In this document: piece by piece, positions 31,643 to 41,944 of the stretch
Numbering within the stretch: position 1 is the stretch's first letter
How the letters are laid out: each line of letters opens with the position of its first letter
Assembly: GCA_964387355.1 (NCBI GenBank)
Contig: CAYLWJ010000137.1
Span: 1 to 58,353, forward strand
Direction of reading: 5' to 3'
DNA from: an uncultured Actinomycetota bacterium
GTDB taxonomy: Bacteria > Actinomycetota > Humimicrobiia > Humimicrobiales > Humimicrobiaceae
DNA length: 58,353 nt
Translations under genes and position numbers: made by a program
Notes under the pieces: generated by a model
Databases searched by the model: none
What the model was told of the DNA's origin: nothing
The model's input: only the letters and a program-made list of their open reading frames with translations

Positions 31643-34324
31643 ATGTTAAAAGAAAATCATATTTTTATAACTTTAGCTGTTTTATTAATTTTCTTTATGG
31701 CATTTAATATAAGCTGCCAAGAAAATATTAGAAGTGCTGATGAAAGCATAACTAAAAATAACACTGCCATTGATAAAACAAATAATGACACCAGCAGTAG
31801 TAGTAGCAGTGCTGGTAGTGGTATTAGCCATAGCAGTATATATAAAGAAGGCAAGGATAAAAGCAAGGATAAAAGCAATGATATAATTATCACCAACAAT
31901 ACAAACAACAATAAATCAAATAATCCAAACAGTAATAATGGCAGCAATGATTTAAGCCATAGCAATGACTCAATTAACGTCAGTGATTCAGGAAGTAATA
32001 TTACAGACAAGCAAAGGATTTTTTTTAAAAAAGGCTTAGAAGCTTTTGAAAAGAAAGACTATATTTTAGCAGAGTATTGTTTTAATTCAATTAAAGAAGA
32101 TTACAAGATTTTGCAAGACCACGCTTTATATTACCTAGCTAAAAGTCAGCTTATGCAAAATAAATTTGATCAAGCCTTGAAAAATTATAAAAAGTTAATA
32201 GATGAATTTAGCGATTCTATTTTTATCCAAAAAGCATATCTTGAATATGCTGATTTATTTTTTTTAAAAAGTGAGTACACAAATGCAGAAAGCAGCTATC
32301 AGGTTTTTTTGAATACTTTTCCTACCTCAGATTATTCTGCATATTGCAGATATCAGCTTGCTGTTTGCCAGGAAAAAAACAATAAATATAGCTCTGCATT
32401 TGAAAACTATAAAAAAATTTGGCTTGAAAATCCCGAAAGTAATTATGCAAATAATTCCCTACAGGCAATTTCATCCATGGCAGAAAAAAATATAATAAGC
32501 CAATTTACTCCAACCGCTGAACAGATTTATAAAAGAGGTGAAAAATTTTATGCCCTTTATTGGTATGAGAGTGCAATTGCTGAATTTAAAAAAGTAGTTA
32601 ACGATACAAAAATTAGCCCATCGCTTGAAGCTAAAACTCTTTTTAAAATTGGAATGTGCTATTTTAATTTAAGAAACTATAATGATTCAATTAATTTTCT
32701 TTTACAGTGCTACAATAAATATCCATCAAGTGCATTTGCAGATGATTGCTTATATTTTATTGGTAGAGCAACAAGCAGTCAAAACAAAGATTCTGAGGCA
32801 ATAGCTTACTATGAAAAAATTGTTGAAAAATTTCCTGAAAGCAATTATGCAGATGATGCTCTTTATCGAATAGGCAGGCTTTACTCATCCAAAAACAATA
32901 TTGAAAAAGCAAAAAATTATTATAAAAAGATTATTGATAATTACAAAGGAGGCGATAAAATTTCTGATGCTTTCTGGGAGCTTGGATGGATTCAGTATAA
33001 AAATAATAATTTTGATGAGTCATTTGCAACATTTAAGACAATGGCAGAAAGATTTTCTGCTGGTTATTCTTCAAGTCAGTCATCTGGGCAGTTATTAGAA
33101 AAAGCTTTATTTTGGCAGGCAAAGTGTCTATTAAAGGCACAAAAAACTGAGGATGCTGTTGACTTATTAAAAAAAATAGTAAGTTTTAATTCCTACAGCT
33201 ACTATACATTTGCAAGCAAGCAGGAACTTGAAAAACTTAATATAAACATTACTCTTAAACAGTTAAATAATGATGTAAATCCTTTAAATCCTAAAATAAC
33301 AGAAATTATTCCAAAAGCTTTCTTGTTTATTAATGCTAAAACTGACAACAACAATAAAAATATAACTAGCGATAAAGCTGACTCCACAACTGACACAAGC
33401 GTTAACACCGGCTCTGACACCAATTTCAATACTAATACTGAGCTAAAAACTGATACCAACTCTGGAATTAAATTTAGTACCAACTCTAAAAGTGAGCCAA
33501 AAACTGATACAAACTCTGGAACCAACTCTGGAACCAACTCTAACACTAACTCATACAGTAATGCTAGCACTAATACAAACCTCAATGTTAATTCCAATAG
33601 TACTTCTGATAAAAATGTTATATTTTCACATGTTGATAAAGCAAAAGAACTTTTATTTCTTGAACTTTATACTAGTGCAGCTTACGAAATAGAAGCAGCA
33701 AAACCTCAATTTGAAAAAGATAGCTATTCCATTTTGCAGATTTCTACTCTTTATCTCTTAGCCAAAGATTATATAAATTCACAAAAAATTATAGCAAAAT
33801 ACTACTCAAAGTTAAAAAAAAATTTAACATCTCCTTATCTAGACTACCTTTACTATTTAACTTATCCTTATGGATTTAAAGAGTATATTGATAAGTACTC
33901 TAGTGAGTTTAAACTTGACCCTTTATACGTTTTAGCTGTAATTAGAGAAGAATCAAGATTTGACCCAAAAGCAGGATCTTATGCGGGAGCTTTAGGATTA
34001 ATGCAAATAATGCCTGCAACTGGTAAAAGTATTGCAAATTCTTTAAATATTAAAAACTTTTCAAATGAAATGTTGTATGATCCAGAAACAAATATAAAAA
34101 TGGGTTGTTTTTATTTAAGCAGACAACTTCAAAATTTTAATCAAAACAAGTATTTTGCTTGTGGTGCTTATAATGGTGGTCCAGGGGCTATGTCTAAATG
34201 GATTGCCAGTTATAAAAGTGATGATATAGATGAGTTTATTGAAAACATTACTTATGATGAGACAAGAAATTATATAAAAAAAGTGATGGCTAGCTATTAC
34301 TTTTATCAATTGCTTTATAAGTAA
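31643..34324 (+). CDS. slt: TPR-repeat soluble lytic transglycosylase (Slt70-like) lipoprotein
   Basis: Lipobox FNISC; many TPRs; SLT motifs REESRF, GLMQIMP, AYNGG and ETRNY; two Ser/Asn/Thr-rich linkers. Confidence 0.9.
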   Translation: MLKENHIFITLAVLLIFFMAFNISCQENIRSADESITKNNTAIDKTNNDTSSSSSSAGSGISHSSIYKEGKDKSKDKSNDIIITNNTNNNKSNNPNSNNGSNDLSHSNDSINVSDSGSNITDKQRIFFKKGLEAFEKKDYILAEYCFNSIKEDYKILQDHALYYLAKSQLMQNKFDQALKNYKKLIDEFSDSIFIQKAYLEYADLFFLKSEYTNAESSYQVFLNTFPTSDYSAYCRYQLAVCQEKNNKYSSAFENYKKIWLENPESNYANNSLQAISSMAEKNIISQFTPTAEQIYKRGEKFYALYWYESAIAEFKKVVNDTKISPSLEAKTLFKIGMCYFNLRNYNDSINFLLQCYNKYPSSAFADDCLYFIGRATSSQNKDSEAIAYYEKIVEKFPESNYADDALYRIGRLYSSKNNIEKAKNYYKKIIDNYKGGDKISDAFWELGWIQYKNNNFDESFATFKTMAERFSAGYSSSQSSGQLLEKALFWQAKCLLKAQKTEDAVDLLKKIVSFNSYSYYTFASKQELEKLNINITLKQLNNDVNPLNPKITEIIPKAFLFINAKTDNNNKNITSDKADSTTDTSVNTGSDTNFNTNTELKTDTNSGIKFSTNSKSEPKTDTNSGTNSGTNSNTNSYSNASTNTNLNVNSNSTSDKNVIFSHVDKAKELLFLELYTSAAYEIEAAKPQFEKDSYSILQISTLYLLAKDYINSQKIIAKYYSKLKKNLTSPYLDYLYYLTYPYGFKEYIDKYSSEFKLDPLYVLAVIREESRFDPKAGSYAGALGLMQIMPATGKSIANSLNIKNFSNEMLYDPETNIKMGCFYLSRQLQNFNQNKYFACGAYNGGPGAMSKWIASYKSDDIDEFIENITYDETRNYIKKVMASYYFYQLLYK

Positions 34325-35336
34325 CAGCAATTAAATCACAAATGGCTAATAAAGCTTTTCTTCTCTGGTTTCCGCTAATCGAATATGCAATTTTTTTAGC
34401 TTGGTCTAAATAAAAATATAATTTTTCTTCAGTTCTTTTAACTGCACCTGTAACGTCCAGAAGGCTTAATAATTTTTTAAATTCTTCTGAAGTAAAATTA
34501 TTTTTAGCAATAAAGTTTTTAAATTGTTTTTTAAAATCAGGATTTTCATTTCCATAAATAAAAGGCAAGGTAATATCCCCTTGTTTTAAATCATTTCCAA
34601 TTGGTTTTCCAATATTTTTTGAACTATTTCTTAAATTTATATCTAATAAGTCATCATTAATTTGAAAAGATATGCCTATTAACTCACCGAATTTTATTAA
34701 TTTTTCAATATCTTCGTTATTTGACTTTGAAAGAATTCCTCCAATTAAGCAGCTTAACTTAAATAAGGAAGAAGTTTTTTCATAAATTTTCTCAATATAA
34801 TCATTTTCATTTTGGTTTAACTTTTTTTTCGTTTTTAACTGATTAAACTCTCCCTTTACCAAAAGACTTGCAGCCTTTGATGTTTCTAACAATATTTCTG
34901 GTATCTCATAATTACTTAATAAATAAAATGTTTGTGTAAGCAAATAATCCCCTACAAATTTTGCAGTGTCTCTGTCATAAATCTTATGAAGAGTTTTTTT
35001 GCCTCTTCTTAGCTCAGATTTATCTATAATATCGTCATGTATTAATGAAGCTGTGTGAATCATTTCAATGGCGGCAGCAGCAGGAATCAAATAATCTAAA
35101 TTATAATTTTCATTTTTTGCAGAAATTAAAAGTAGAGAAGGTCTAATCCTTTTCCCGCCTGCATTTAAAGTACTTTTTACAGAATTACTCAAAATATCAC
35201 TAAGGTTTTCAGAAAAATTCTTTAAAAATTCTTCAAGCTTTCTTAAACCATTTTTTAAAAACAATAGTTCAGGTTTAGATTTAAAAATATTTTTAGTATC
35301 CTGTAAAAAACTATCATATGCTAAAACTTTTTCCAT
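34290..35336 (-). CDS. Trans-polyprenyl diphosphate synthase (HepT/IspB-like)
   Basis: GGKRIRP, HDDIID..RRG, GD, KT, FQINDDLLD and GKP.GNDL motifs. Confidence 0.92.
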   Translation of the reverse strand: MEKVLAYDSFLQDTKNIFKSKPELLFLKNGLRKLEEFLKNFSENLSDILSNSVKSTLNAGGKRIRPSLLLISAKNENYNLDYLIPAAAAIEMIHTASLIHDDIIDKSELRRGKKTLHKIYDRDTAKFVGDYLLTQTFYLLSNYEIPEILLETSKAASLLVKGEFNQLKTKKKLNQNENDYIEKIYEKTSSLFKLSCLIGGILSKSNNEDIEKLIKFGELIGISFQINDDLLDINLRNSSKNIGKPIGNDLKQGDITLPFIYGNENPDFKKQFKNFIAKNNFTSEEFKKLLSLLDVTGAVKRTEEKLYFYLDQAKKIAYSISGNQRRKALLAICDLIAVTYKAIDKSNS

Positions 35337-35437
35337 GGTTTAACTTTTAAAATTAATAAAATTAAAGAAATCTTCGATTTTAAATTTTAATTAAAATAAA
35401 TAAAATAATATTTTTTAATGATAAAGTTACGTTTATC

Positions 35438-37315
35438 TTAATATTTTCTCAATAAAAAGTCTTTAATTATATTAAACCAATTAAAACTCCTGTTAAAAAG
35501 AGGAAAATCTAGCTCTTTCTTCTCACAAACTGTAGAAAGGCTGTATTTATATGTTTTATCCCTTAAATCACTTAATTTTTTTTCTATTAAATTAGAGTCA
35601 TTTAATATCATTATATCATCTATCTCTTTCATAATCTTTAGGGCATTTTCTATTCTTTGTTCATTTTGCTTCATTACCTCAAATGTAATAGAACCTGCTT
35701 TTGCTTTTAACCTATTAAGTCCAATAGCTGCCTTATATGTCGAAAAAACTAAATCATCTTTTGTAATAAAATCAGATTCATAATTTAATATGTATTTCCA
35801 GGAAGGCTTTGTTATTAAATTAATATGTTCTTTTAGGGTTTTTGCTAAAAGTTTATAGCCAAATTTTTCTGGTTCTTCAAATATTCTACTTCCAGGATCT
35901 AAAAATGGAGCCATTGGCGAAATAAATGGCATAAACTTAGGATTCCAATTTAATTTTTTATAAAAATCTTTGCAAAAGTCAACGGTTTCTAAAATAGATT
36001 CTTTTGTTTGATGAGGCAATCCTGTCATGAAATAAAGATCAAACCTTAAAGCTCCTTTTGAAAGCGCAAAACTTATACTATTGAATAAATCCTCATTTGT
36101 GTATGTTTTACCCATAAAGCCTCTTATATTTTCATCATGTGTATCAGGAGATATTTCATAACAAACATTTTTAAACACGCTTGCCGCACTTTCAAAAAAC
36201 CAATTTTTAGGAGGTTCAAAAAATTCAAAAAATATTTGTATGCTGTTTTCTAATGATTTAGCATATCCAAAAAATTCTTTAACGTAATCTTTGCCTGCGC
36301 TATTTAAATCTCCTAATAAAAAAATTGGCGATTTTATATATTTTCTAATTAATCTTATTTCCTCTACAAGCTTTTTTGGTTGGCGAAATGCAGGCTCAAT
36401 CCTGCTTGCAAACAAATTAAAAGCAAACTTAGAACCTCCACAATTTGCACAAATATTTTTACAGCCACGAACTATAGGAATAGTTGTTATGGGATATCTA
36501 AACCAGTCATGAAAAGGCATTATGCTCCGTAAATCTTTATATCTCAAAACTTGCTTAAACATAATTCTGTAGTCAAAATCTATCTCAGACAAGTCCTTTG
36601 AAATACATTTGACTGGATTGTTATAGGCTACTGAATTTTTTTTATAAACAAGATTAGGAATTTTTCTTAGGTCTTCTATAATATTGAAATTTTCATATTC
36701 ATTATCAATCAGGTTTAATATAGTGCTAAAATTTAAAACTTTATTAGAATTTGGAGAATCTTTTGAATCTGAAGAATTTAAAGATGAAGAATTTAAATAA
36801 TTATTCAAATTTTTATCATTCTTTAAAAGAGTGTTTATTTTTTTCAAATATTTAATCAATAAAAAGAGGGGCTCTTCTGTTGAATCCCCCTGTATAATAA
36901 AATCAACACTGTCAAATTTTATTAATTCTTCCCAAAAATAAGATGAGCTAAAACCACCAAAAACTATTGGTATATCGGGGTGATATTTTTTTACAATCTT
37001 TGAGATTTCAATTGCTCCCTGACAATGCGGAAGCCAGTGGAGGTCTATGCCAAAAATTAAAGGATTTAATTTTTGAATAAATCTTTCAACATTAAAATTT
37101 GGTTCATGGTACATTCTATATGCAATATTTATAATTCTAACGCTTATTCCTCTTTTATTTAGGTAATTTGAAAGAGTTAAAAACCCAATTGGATACATCT
37201 CAAAAATAGGAGTTGAGGGAACTAAGTCGCTTACTGGACCAAACATTATACTTTTTTTTCTAAAATCATATACACTTGGAGCATGTAGCAAAATCAAGTC
37301 TGGGTCTTTTTTCAA
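35438..37315 (-). CDS. B12-binding domain radical SAM protein (resembles TIGR04190/Ta0216 family)
   Basis: N-terminal LHAPSVYDFR..FEMYPIGF, IDLHWLPH, GGFSS; CxxxCxxC as GCKNICANC; family recalled from signature, not searched. Confidence 0.8.
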   Translation of the reverse strand: MKKDPDLILLHAPSVYDFRKKSIMFGPVSDLVPSTPIFEMYPIGFLTLSNYLNKRGISVRIINIAYRMYHEPNFNVERFIQKLNPLIFGIDLHWLPHCQGAIEISKIVKKYHPDIPIVFGGFSSSYFWEELIKFDSVDFIIQGDSTEEPLFLLIKYLKKINTLLKNDKNLNNYLNSSSLNSSDSKDSPNSNKVLNFSTILNLIDNEYENFNIIEDLRKIPNLVYKKNSVAYNNPVKCISKDLSEIDFDYRIMFKQVLRYKDLRSIMPFHDWFRYPITTIPIVRGCKNICANCGGSKFAFNLFASRIEPAFRQPKKLVEEIRLIRKYIKSPIFLLGDLNSAGKDYVKEFFGYAKSLENSIQIFFEFFEPPKNWFFESAASVFKNVCYEISPDTHDENIRGFMGKTYTNEDLFNSISFALSKGALRFDLYFMTGLPHQTKESILETVDFCKDFYKKLNWNPKFMPFISPMAPFLDPGSRIFEEPEKFGYKLLAKTLKEHINLITKPSWKYILNYESDFITKDDLVFSTYKAAIGLNRLKAKAGSITFEVMKQNEQRIENALKIMKEIDDIMILNDSNLIEKKLSDLRDKTYKYSLSTVCEKKELDFPLFNRSFNWFNIIKDFLLRKY

Positions 37316-37649
37316 TTTTTAATTCACCTTTAGTATTAATTTTCATAGTATTAATTTACATTTAGTAAATATTAAAAATTAAAAATAGATATTACTATAA
37401 AAATTATACAAAATAAAAATTTTTTTAAATAAAAAAAATTTAAGCGAGCTTTTTCTTTAATTGTAACAAATTTAATAAACTATAGTTAATAGTTAATTAT
37501 TATATAAAATATAATATAAATAATATCCAGATAAATTAGTATGAACAATGCAGATAAAACATATAACAATAAACATAAGGCAAAGACACAAAGTAGTGTA
37601 GTTAATATGGATATTAAGCATTTTACAAGGGGCTATGGAGAAATAAGTA

Positions 37650-38696
37650 TTAAGTAAATTTAAAAATTACCTTCAAGGTTGTTTCTAAAACAGCTTTTTT
37701 GAATGCTTCTTCTGCTTGTTTTAATTCAAATCTTTCAGTAATTAATTTACTTAAATCCAGCTTTTTTGAGGAAGCTATATCCATTGCTTTCCTGTATTGA
37801 GCAAGGCTTTGACCTGTTGTTCCAGTTAATATGACATTTTTATAATGTATAATGTTTGAATTTATGCTAATTACATCCTGTCCCTTTGGAAGACCACCAA
37901 AAAAATTTATTCTGCCTCTTCTTGAAATAAGTTCTAGACTTTCTTCTTGTGCTTTTTTTGATGGAGCTGCAGTTATAATTACATCTGCACCTTTACTATT
38001 ACTTTCCTTAAAAACAATTTCTTTTAAATTCTCTTCCAATGGATTTACAATTACATCTGCGCCAAAAGTTTTTGCCTGTTCTCTTCTAGCCAAACTTATC
38101 TCACTCACTATAATTTTCCCTGCACCTCTTAATCTTGCCATCATTAAATGCAAAATTCCCATAGGACCGGCACCAATTATTAAAACAACATCCGGAGGTG
38201 AAATACTAACTGCTTCAGCTGCGCATACTACTGTGGATAAAGGCTCAACCAGCGAAGCTTCTTCAAAGGTAACATTATCTGGAATTTGTATAACATTTCC
38301 TTGAACGATATATTCTGATGGAATTTTCATATATTCGGCAAAGGAGCCATTCATGCTAATGCCAATTGCTTGATAATTCTCGCAGTAATTAGTGTTTCCA
38401 CTAATGCAATAGTAGCATTGGCCACATCCAATATTTGGGGCAATAGAAACTCTCATACCTTTTTTAAAAGCTTTTATTTTTGGACCAACCTCTTCTATTA
38501 TTCCTGCAACTTCATGACCAAGTATAATTTTATTGCCTTGAGGATTTTTAAAGTGGCCAAATTTTTTTATTTTTATATCTGTGCCACAAATTGAAGTTGC
38601 TTTCACTTTAAGCAAAATTTCATTTTCATTTATTTTTGGAACCGGCACATCTATAATCTCAATTTCACCATTTCCACTGCTAAATACAGCTAACAT
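37650..38696 (-). CDS. Zn-dependent polyol/sugar-alcohol dehydrogenase (MDR family)
   Basis: ICGTD, GHE, CGQCYYC..C, EPL and GAGPMG motifs. Confidence 0.9.
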   Translation of the reverse strand: MLAVFSSGNGEIEIIDVPVPKINENEILLKVKATSICGTDIKIKKFGHFKNPQGNKIILGHEVAGIIEEVGPKIKAFKKGMRVSIAPNIGCGQCYYCISGNTNYCENYQAIGISMNGSFAEYMKIPSEYIVQGNVIQIPDNVTFEEASLVEPLSTVVCAAEAVSISPPDVVLIIGAGPMGILHLMMARLRGAGKIIVSEISLARREQAKTFGADVIVNPLEENLKEIVFKESNSKGADVIITAAPSKKAQEESLELISRRGRINFFGGLPKGQDVISINSNIIHYKNVILTGTTGQSLAQYRKAMDIASSKKLDLSKLITERFELKQAEEAFKKAVLETTLKVIFKFT

Positions 38697-38899
38697 TTAT
38701 TTGCTCTCTTTCAATCTTTATTTCTTCATTTAAAGTTATATAGGCTATATAGGCTAAAAATGTAAAAAAAAGCATAAACAATATAAATTAAATTACATTA
38801 AATTTTACATGAAATTTTAGTAATGTTGTAATTACAATAATAAATTAACTATAAATATATATCTTGATAAGCTTAAAGTCAATAATAGAATTTATAATT

Positions 38900-39100
38900 T
38901 TAAAAACTTTTAATCGCAACAAAGCAAGTATTTGAAGGAAATGCTCTTACTGGTGATTTAAAGTCTCCATATAAAACATTAACACATCCTCCAATTTCTA
39001 TATCTTCTTTTGTATTGGGAGAGTTTTTATTATTGTCAAAAAGAAGTTCAAACCATCTTCCTTGATCTAAACTTGCAGTGCTTTTAATTATTTTATTTAT
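38900..39100 (-). pseudogene. Start-less 66-codon open frame after glnS, possible gene remnant
   Basis: Reads [66 protein letters not shown]; coding-like composition versus AT-rich flanks; no ATG/GTG/TTG. Confidence 0.4.
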
Positions 39101-40776
39101 TACTTTATCTTTTCTTTAATTTTTGCCCATTCGTCTTTTAAAGTTACGGTTCTATTGAATACTAGACCTTCACTTGTAGATTCTTTATCAACACAAAAGT
39201 ATCCTAACCTTTCAAACTGAAAAATTTGCCCAGGAATTGCATTTTTTAAAGAAGGCTCTAACTTGCAGTTTTTTATAACTTTCAATGAATCTGGATTTAA
39301 GTTATCCAAGAAAGTTTTGCCTTCCTCTACTTTTAAAGGATTTTCAACTTTAAAAAGCTTTTCATATAACCTCACTTCTGCATTAATTGCATGTTTTGCA
39401 GATACCCAGTGAAGGGTTGCTTTAACTTTTCTACCATCAGGAGCATTACCACCTTTAGATTGGGGATCATAAATGCAATGAAGTTCAATAACATTTCCTT
39501 TATTGTCTTTTTTAATATCTATACACTTTATAAAATAAGCATATCTTAATCTTACTTCCCTGCCTGGTGCAAGCCTATAAAATTTTGAATAAGGTTCCTC
39601 CATAAAATCATCTTTTTCAATATAAATTATTTTTGAAAAGGGCACCTTTCTCTTCCCAGCAGATAAATCTTCAGGATTATTTATTGCATCAATTTCCTCT
39701 TCAACTTCGTCAGGATAATTGTCAATTATAACTTTCAGAGGATTGATTACACCCATTACTCTCATTGCTTTTTTATTTAAGTCTTCCCTAACAAAATGCT
39801 CCAAATACTCAAATTCTACAATGCTTTCAGATTTTGAAACACCAATAGCTGCGGCAAAATTCTTTATTGAATCAGGAGTGTAACCTCGCCTTCTCATTCC
39901 TGAAATTGTTGGCATTCTTGGGTCATCCCAGCCGCTAACAATTTTTTTATTTACCAATTCTAGTAAAATTCTTTTGCTCATAACTGTATAAGTTAAATTT
40001 AATCTGGCAAATTCTATTTGTCTAGGATGATGTATTTCAAGCTGGTTTATAAACCAATCATATAAAGGTCTATGATCCTCAAATTCAAGTGTACAAATAG
40101 AATGTGAAATGTTTTCTATTGAGTCTGATTGTCCATGAGCCCAGTCATAAGTAGGATATATACACCACTTATCACCTGTTCTGTGATGACTTTTATGAAG
40201 TATCCTATACATAACTGGATCTCTTAAATTTAAATTTGGTGAAGCCATATCTATTTTTGCCCTTAACACTCTAGAACCATCAGGATATTTGCCTTGGCGC
40301 ATTTCTCTAAACAGACGTAAATTTTCTTCGACTGACCTGTTTCTGTATGGACTTTCTTTTCCTGGCTCTTTTAATGTTCCCCTGTATTCTTTAATTTGTT
40401 CAGGAGTTAAATCACAGACATAAGCTTTTCCCTTTTTAATTAATATCTCAGCATATTCATAAAGCTTTTCAAAATAATCTGAAGCATAGTATTCCCTATC
40501 TTCCCAATCAAAACCAAGCCACTTGATATCTTCCTTAATTGAGTCTACGTATTCTTGCTCTTCTTTAGTTGGGTTTGTGTCATCAAATCTTAAATTACAT
40601 TTACCGCCAAATTCCAATGCAAGACCAAAATTCAAGCATATTGCTTTTGCATGTCCAATATGAAGATAACCATTAGGTTCAGGTGGAAACCTTGTATGAA
40701 CACTCTTGTATTTTCCAAGTTTTAAATCTTCTCTGATTATTTCCCTTATAAAATCTTTTTTTTCACTAAAGCCCAT
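39100..40776 (-). CDS. glnS: Glutamine--tRNA ligase
   Basis: [47 protein letters not shown] and QFERLGYF motifs. Confidence 0.96.
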   Translation of the reverse strand: MGFSEKKDFIREIIREDLKLGKYKSVHTRFPPEPNGYLHIGHAKAICLNFGLALEFGGKCNLRFDDTNPTKEEQEYVDSIKEDIKWLGFDWEDREYYASDYFEKLYEYAEILIKKGKAYVCDLTPEQIKEYRGTLKEPGKESPYRNRSVEENLRLFREMRQGKYPDGSRVLRAKIDMASPNLNLRDPVMYRILHKSHHRTGDKWCIYPTYDWAHGQSDSIENISHSICTLEFEDHRPLYDWFINQLEIHHPRQIEFARLNLTYTVMSKRILLELVNKKIVSGWDDPRMPTISGMRRRGYTPDSIKNFAAAIGVSKSESIVEFEYLEHFVREDLNKKAMRVMGVINPLKVIIDNYPDEVEEEIDAINNPEDLSAGKRKVPFSKIIYIEKDDFMEEPYSKFYRLAPGREVRLRYAYFIKCIDIKKDNKGNVIELHCIYDPQSKGGNAPDGRKVKATLHWVSAKHAINAEVRLYEKLFKVENPLKVEEGKTFLDNLNPDSLKVIKNCKLEPSLKNAIPGQIFQFERLGYFCVDKESTSEGLVFNRTVTLKDEWAKIKEKIK

Positions 40777-40864
40777 AATACATAATATTAAGTCAATAAC
40801 AAAAACACGTTTTTTAAATTTTTTAATTATTTAAGTTTATCTAAGATTATTTAAAATACTAAGA

Positions 40865-41764
40865 TTATTTAAAATAAATATAGGCTAAAGATTTTAAATT
40901 TTGCGCCAGCCAGTCTAATTTAAAATTTTCAATTAATTTTTCAATATTTTTTTTAATAACAGCAACTCTATCTTTTACAAACTTTATGCCTTTTAAAACA
41001 GGCAGCTCATGTGAAATATCGTTTAAAAACAATTCTAAATCCTTAAAAGTCTTTATCATAACAAAATTATTTGCTAAATCAATAAAATCTTCTACAGAAA
41101 TTTTTAATTTATCTTCATTTTCCATCAAATTATAACCAATTAAAAAAGAATTTTTAAGGAGCGAATTCGTTTCAATTAGGAGCGTCTCGTTATCAGTAAT
41201 TAATTTATTTTTAAACAAAAATTCTAACTTATTTTTATTTTTTTCAGTTTCTTTTATTAATTTATTATGCAAAATTAATCTTGAGTTATGGACTAATTTT
41301 AATGACTCAAGTATATCTTTAAAAATTAAAAAGTCGTTAAATTCCAGTACATATTTTACTGAATTCGAATAAAATATATCCCCAAACAGTAAGTCAATTA
41401 TATATCTTTTATAAGTATTTTTTGTCTCAGGATTAACGTTTTTTAAAAGATAAATAAAATCATTTACATTAAAATTGTGAAAGTTTAATCCAACACCAAG
41501 CAGTTCAATGCCAGTAATTAGACTAATAAGTTTATCTTTCTTTTTAGAATTAATTCCTTGATTTTTAAAATTAATATCTTGAGTTTTTAAATTTATTAAA
41601 GACGTTGGTCTTAAGAGACTCAATATAGTAAATGTATATAAAAAACGTGTATCTAAAAAATTATGAAAATTATAAGAAAATAATTTTGAAATATCTTTTA
41701 ATTCTAGATCAATATTTTTTTTTACAATATTTATATAACTTTTTAAATAATTTAGCTTTTCCAC
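40865..41764 (-). CDS. Degenerate polyprenyl-synthase-fold protein lacking DDxxD (candidate HepS-like component I)
   Basis: Collinear similarity to 34290-35336: ITGIELL vs AAAIEMI, LFGDIFY vs FVGDYLL, ETNSLLKNSFLIG vs KTSSLFKLSCLIG. Confidence 0.6.
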   Translation of the reverse strand: MEKLNYLKSYINIVKKNIDLELKDISKLFSYNFHNFLDTRFLYTFTILSLLRPTSLINLKTQDINFKNQGINSKKKDKLISLITGIELLGVGLNFHNFNVNDFIYLLKNVNPETKNTYKRYIIDLLFGDIFYSNSVKYVLEFNDFLIFKDILESLKLVHNSRLILHNKLIKETEKNKNKLEFLFKNKLITDNETLLIETNSLLKNSFLIGYNLMENEDKLKISVEDFIDLANNFVMIKTFKDLELFLNDISHELPVLKGIKFVKDRVAVIKKNIEKLIENFKLDWLAQNLKSLAYIYFK

Positions 41765-41944
41765 ATAACTTTTAAAATTATCCCCTATTTTTCAACAATT
41801 ATTTATTTAAACTGCTATTTTTTTAATTATTTCCTGTTTTTTACTGTTTTTTTAGCTATTTATTCATTCTGCTTTACCGTTTATTTATCTATTTATTTAT
41901 TCTATTTATTCTGCTCTAGCATTTTTTTAATTATTTATACTTTT

